Position numbers and translations under genes: made by a program. From NCBI RefSeq assembly GCF_029232205.1, contig NZ_CP107255.1:30001-62000 (forward strand): a stretch of 32,000 bases of DNA, given 5' to 3'. The notes beneath the pieces are model-generated. The model had not been told where the DNA came from and did no database searches. It saw only the letters and a list, made by a program, of their open reading frames with translations. This DNA comes from Candidatus Saccharimonadota bacterium (GTDB taxonomy: Archaea > Nanohalarchaeota > Nanosalinia > Nanosalinales > Nanosalinaceae). Positions 30,302-32,000 of this stretch are shown here, piece by piece (position 1 is the first letter of the stretch; each line of letters starts with the position of its first letter).

Positions 30302-32000
30302 CTACCAGTCGTCCTTGCTTGCGCAGTCGGGATCTATACACATCTGGTAGTCCCTTCCTTTCTTTCTCTGAACATCGATCATCGGCTTTCCACATGTCTC
30401 ACATTCTTTATCCAGACTGGAAATCTTTCCGTTGTTCGGAAGCGGGTATGTGTTTTCGCAGTCAGGGTAGTTGGAGCAACCCACAAACTTGCTGCCGTTT
30501 GACTTGATAATTCTGAGTTTTCCGCCTTCGCGATCTTCTTCCTCACATTTATCGCAAGGCCCGAGAGTTCTCCTTCTCTTTCTCTCGGAATCAATAGTAT
30601 CTACTAGCTGAGCACCAATCTTGGCCTCGTTCTCCTTGAATTTTTCCAGAGTCTCCTTGAGTTCTTCGCGGGCCTTTGAGAGAACGTCTTCTCGTGACTC
30701 CTCCTCATTTCTGATTGACTGCATGTTCTCCTCGAATTCTCGGGTAAGTTCTTCGCTGAGAAGTGTTGGAGAGTACTCTTCGAGTGTTTCGACAATTGTC
30801 AGGCCTAGATCTGATACCTCGATTGGATCTTCTTCAATATAGTTTCTGTTGTAGAGCCTGTCAACTACCTGTGCTCTCGTGGCCTTTGTACCAAGATTCT
30901 TTTTCTCAAGTTCGGATACGATACCTGACTGGGAGTATCTTCTTGGTGGCTGTGTCTCTTTCTCGTCAAGTCTGAAGTCCTCGATATCCAGAACTTCTCC
31001 TTCTTCGAGGCCTGGAAGCTCTGCTTCTTCAACTCTGACGTATGGATCGTAGAGGTCAAACCAGTTTCTTTCCTTGGTGACTTTTGACTTGGCCTTGAAT
31101 TCGTGGCCTTCAACATCAAGTGTCAGTGTCAGTGACTGTCTCTTTGCTGCATCGCCGAATACCGCGCAGAAGCGCTTGGCAATCAGATCGTAGACCTGAC
31201 CTTCTCTCTTGGAGAGGCCCGAAGGATGTTCTCCTGTAGGATAGATTGCAGGGTGTGCATCGTCTTTCTTTTTACCCTGTCGAGGATATCTGTCGTCATC
31301 GTCTTTTTCAAGCACTTTTTTGGCGGGTTCCTCCAGTTTATCCTGCTTTTTGAGCTTCTTCAGAATATTTTCGTATCCAATCTTGGCAGGAAGCTTCTGC
31401 GACTCGGTACGCGGATAAGAAATCAGGCCGTTCTCGTAAAGAGTCTGTGCAATGGCCTGAGTCTGTTTAGGATTAATATTAAACTGTGAAGAGGCCTCTT
31501 TCTGAAGGCCTGTTAGGTTGAAAGGAATTGGAGGGTTGTGCTTGTAGTTATTGACCTTGATATTTGATACGTGTGTCTTTGTGGCGTCTTTTACTCTGTT
31601 GAATACTCCTTCAGCGACGTCCTCGTTCCATATTCGGTCTTCGTCGTCCTCCCACTGGGCCTCGAACTCTTCGTGGATCAGGTAGATTTCCCAGTAAGGA
31701 TCTGGCTCGAAGGCCATGATTTCGCGTTCTCTGTCTGCTAGAACTTTCAGTGCTGGGCCCTGTACACGCCCTGTTGAGAGTGTTTTGTATCTGTCGTTTT
31801 CTCTTACTGCCTGCATCAGTGCTCTTGAAACGTTGACACCGTAGTAGAAGTCCAGGAAGTGTCTTGTGAATCCGGCCTCTGTCATTCCTTTGTCGTAGCC
31901 TTCTAGATTGTCGTAGGCCTCTTGTAGGTCGCTTGCTGTCAGTGTTGAGAACTTCATTCTTTTGATTCTGTCTTCTGGCGCGTCAGCAATCTGTTTTATT
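30302..32000 (-). CDS. topA: DNA topoisomerase I (type IA), C-terminal ~565 codons; the N-terminal Toprim part lies beyond the right edge
   Basis: The active-site region is ENGLISYPRTESQKL. Type IA domains 2-4 are present, and C-terminal zinc ribbons are CDKCEE...CSNYPDC and CETCGKP...CIDPDC. The reading frame remains open upstream of the first Met (31957) to the window end. Confidence 0.93.
   Translation of the reverse strand, partial: IKQIADAPEDRIKRMKFSTLTASDLQEAYDNLEGYDKGMTEAGFTRHFLDFYYGVNVSRALMQAVRENDRYKTLSTGRVQGPALKVLADREREIMAFEPDPYWEIYLIHEEFEAQWEDDEDRIWNEDVAEGVFNRVKDATKTHVSNIKVNNYKHNPPIPFNLTGLQKEASSQFNINPKQTQAIAQTLYENGLISYPRTESQKLPAKIGYENILKKLKKQDKLEEPAKKVLEKDDDDRYPRQGKKKDDAHPAIYPTGEHPSGLSKREGQVYDLIAKRFCAVFGDAAKRQSLTLTLDVEGHEFKAKSKVTKERNWFDLYDPYVRVEEAELPGLEEGEVLDIEDFRLDEKETQPPRRYSQSGIVSELEKKNLGTKATRAQVVDRLYNRNYIEEDPIEVSDLGLTIVETLEEYSPTLLSEELTREFEENMQSIRNEEESREDVLSKAREELKETLEKFKENEAKIGAQLVDTIDSERKRRRTLGPCDKCEEEDREGGKLRIIKSNGSKFVGCSNYPDCENTYPLPNNGKISSLDKECETCGKPMIDVQRKKGRDYQMCIDPDCASKDDW

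Noticed and set aside
1-32000. AGGCCT enrichment as a by-product of codon or amino-acid usage.
   Set aside because: The motif occurs in at least two codon phases encoding different dipeptides, on both coding strands, and in intergenic DNA. Usage bias is therefore rejected as the sole cause, but it needs a proper Markov and codon-shuffled test.

Overview
This is a chromosomal segment from an archaeon, about 45% GC by eye, with a strongly acidic (D/E-rich, halophile-type) proteome. Archaeal markers are a histone, family-B DNA polymerase, RadB, Cdc48, type-2 MetAP, a class III signal-peptide pilin-like protein, and TATA boxes about 25-30 nt upstream of leaderless starts. The combination of low GC and an acidic proteome suggests a nanohaloarchaeon-like lineage; this is inference, not verified. 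I call about 35 protein genes. They include a grpE-dnaK-dnaJ operon, polB, a 2-oxoacid dehydrogenase operon (E1alpha-E1beta-E2-E3) divergent from an ADP-forming acetyl-CoA synthetase, malic enzyme, map and cdc48. They also include radB, a pheA-aminotransferase-tyrA-chorismate mutase cluster, a partial topA, and several hypothetical, secreted or membrane proteins. I saw no CRISPR array, rRNA, tRNA or mobile element. The main points for follow-up are: (1) the palindromic hexamer AGGCCT is over-represented more than 10-fold, in all contexts across the window; (2) the E2 lipoyl domain has no ATG/GTG/TTG start and probably uses an SD-driven ATC start; (3) a ~390-nt non-coding but highly structured region at 4960-5348 is probably an ncRNA, followed by an SD-led 37-codon ORF; (4) helically phased CCGTT(T)AA repeats lie between a membrane-anchored wHTH gene and a secreted-protein gene; (5) a C2H2-zinc-finger/TM/DsbA-like fusion is translationally coupled to a 4-TM protein with an intramembrane CxxC; (6) a short membrane ORF missing from the ORF track.
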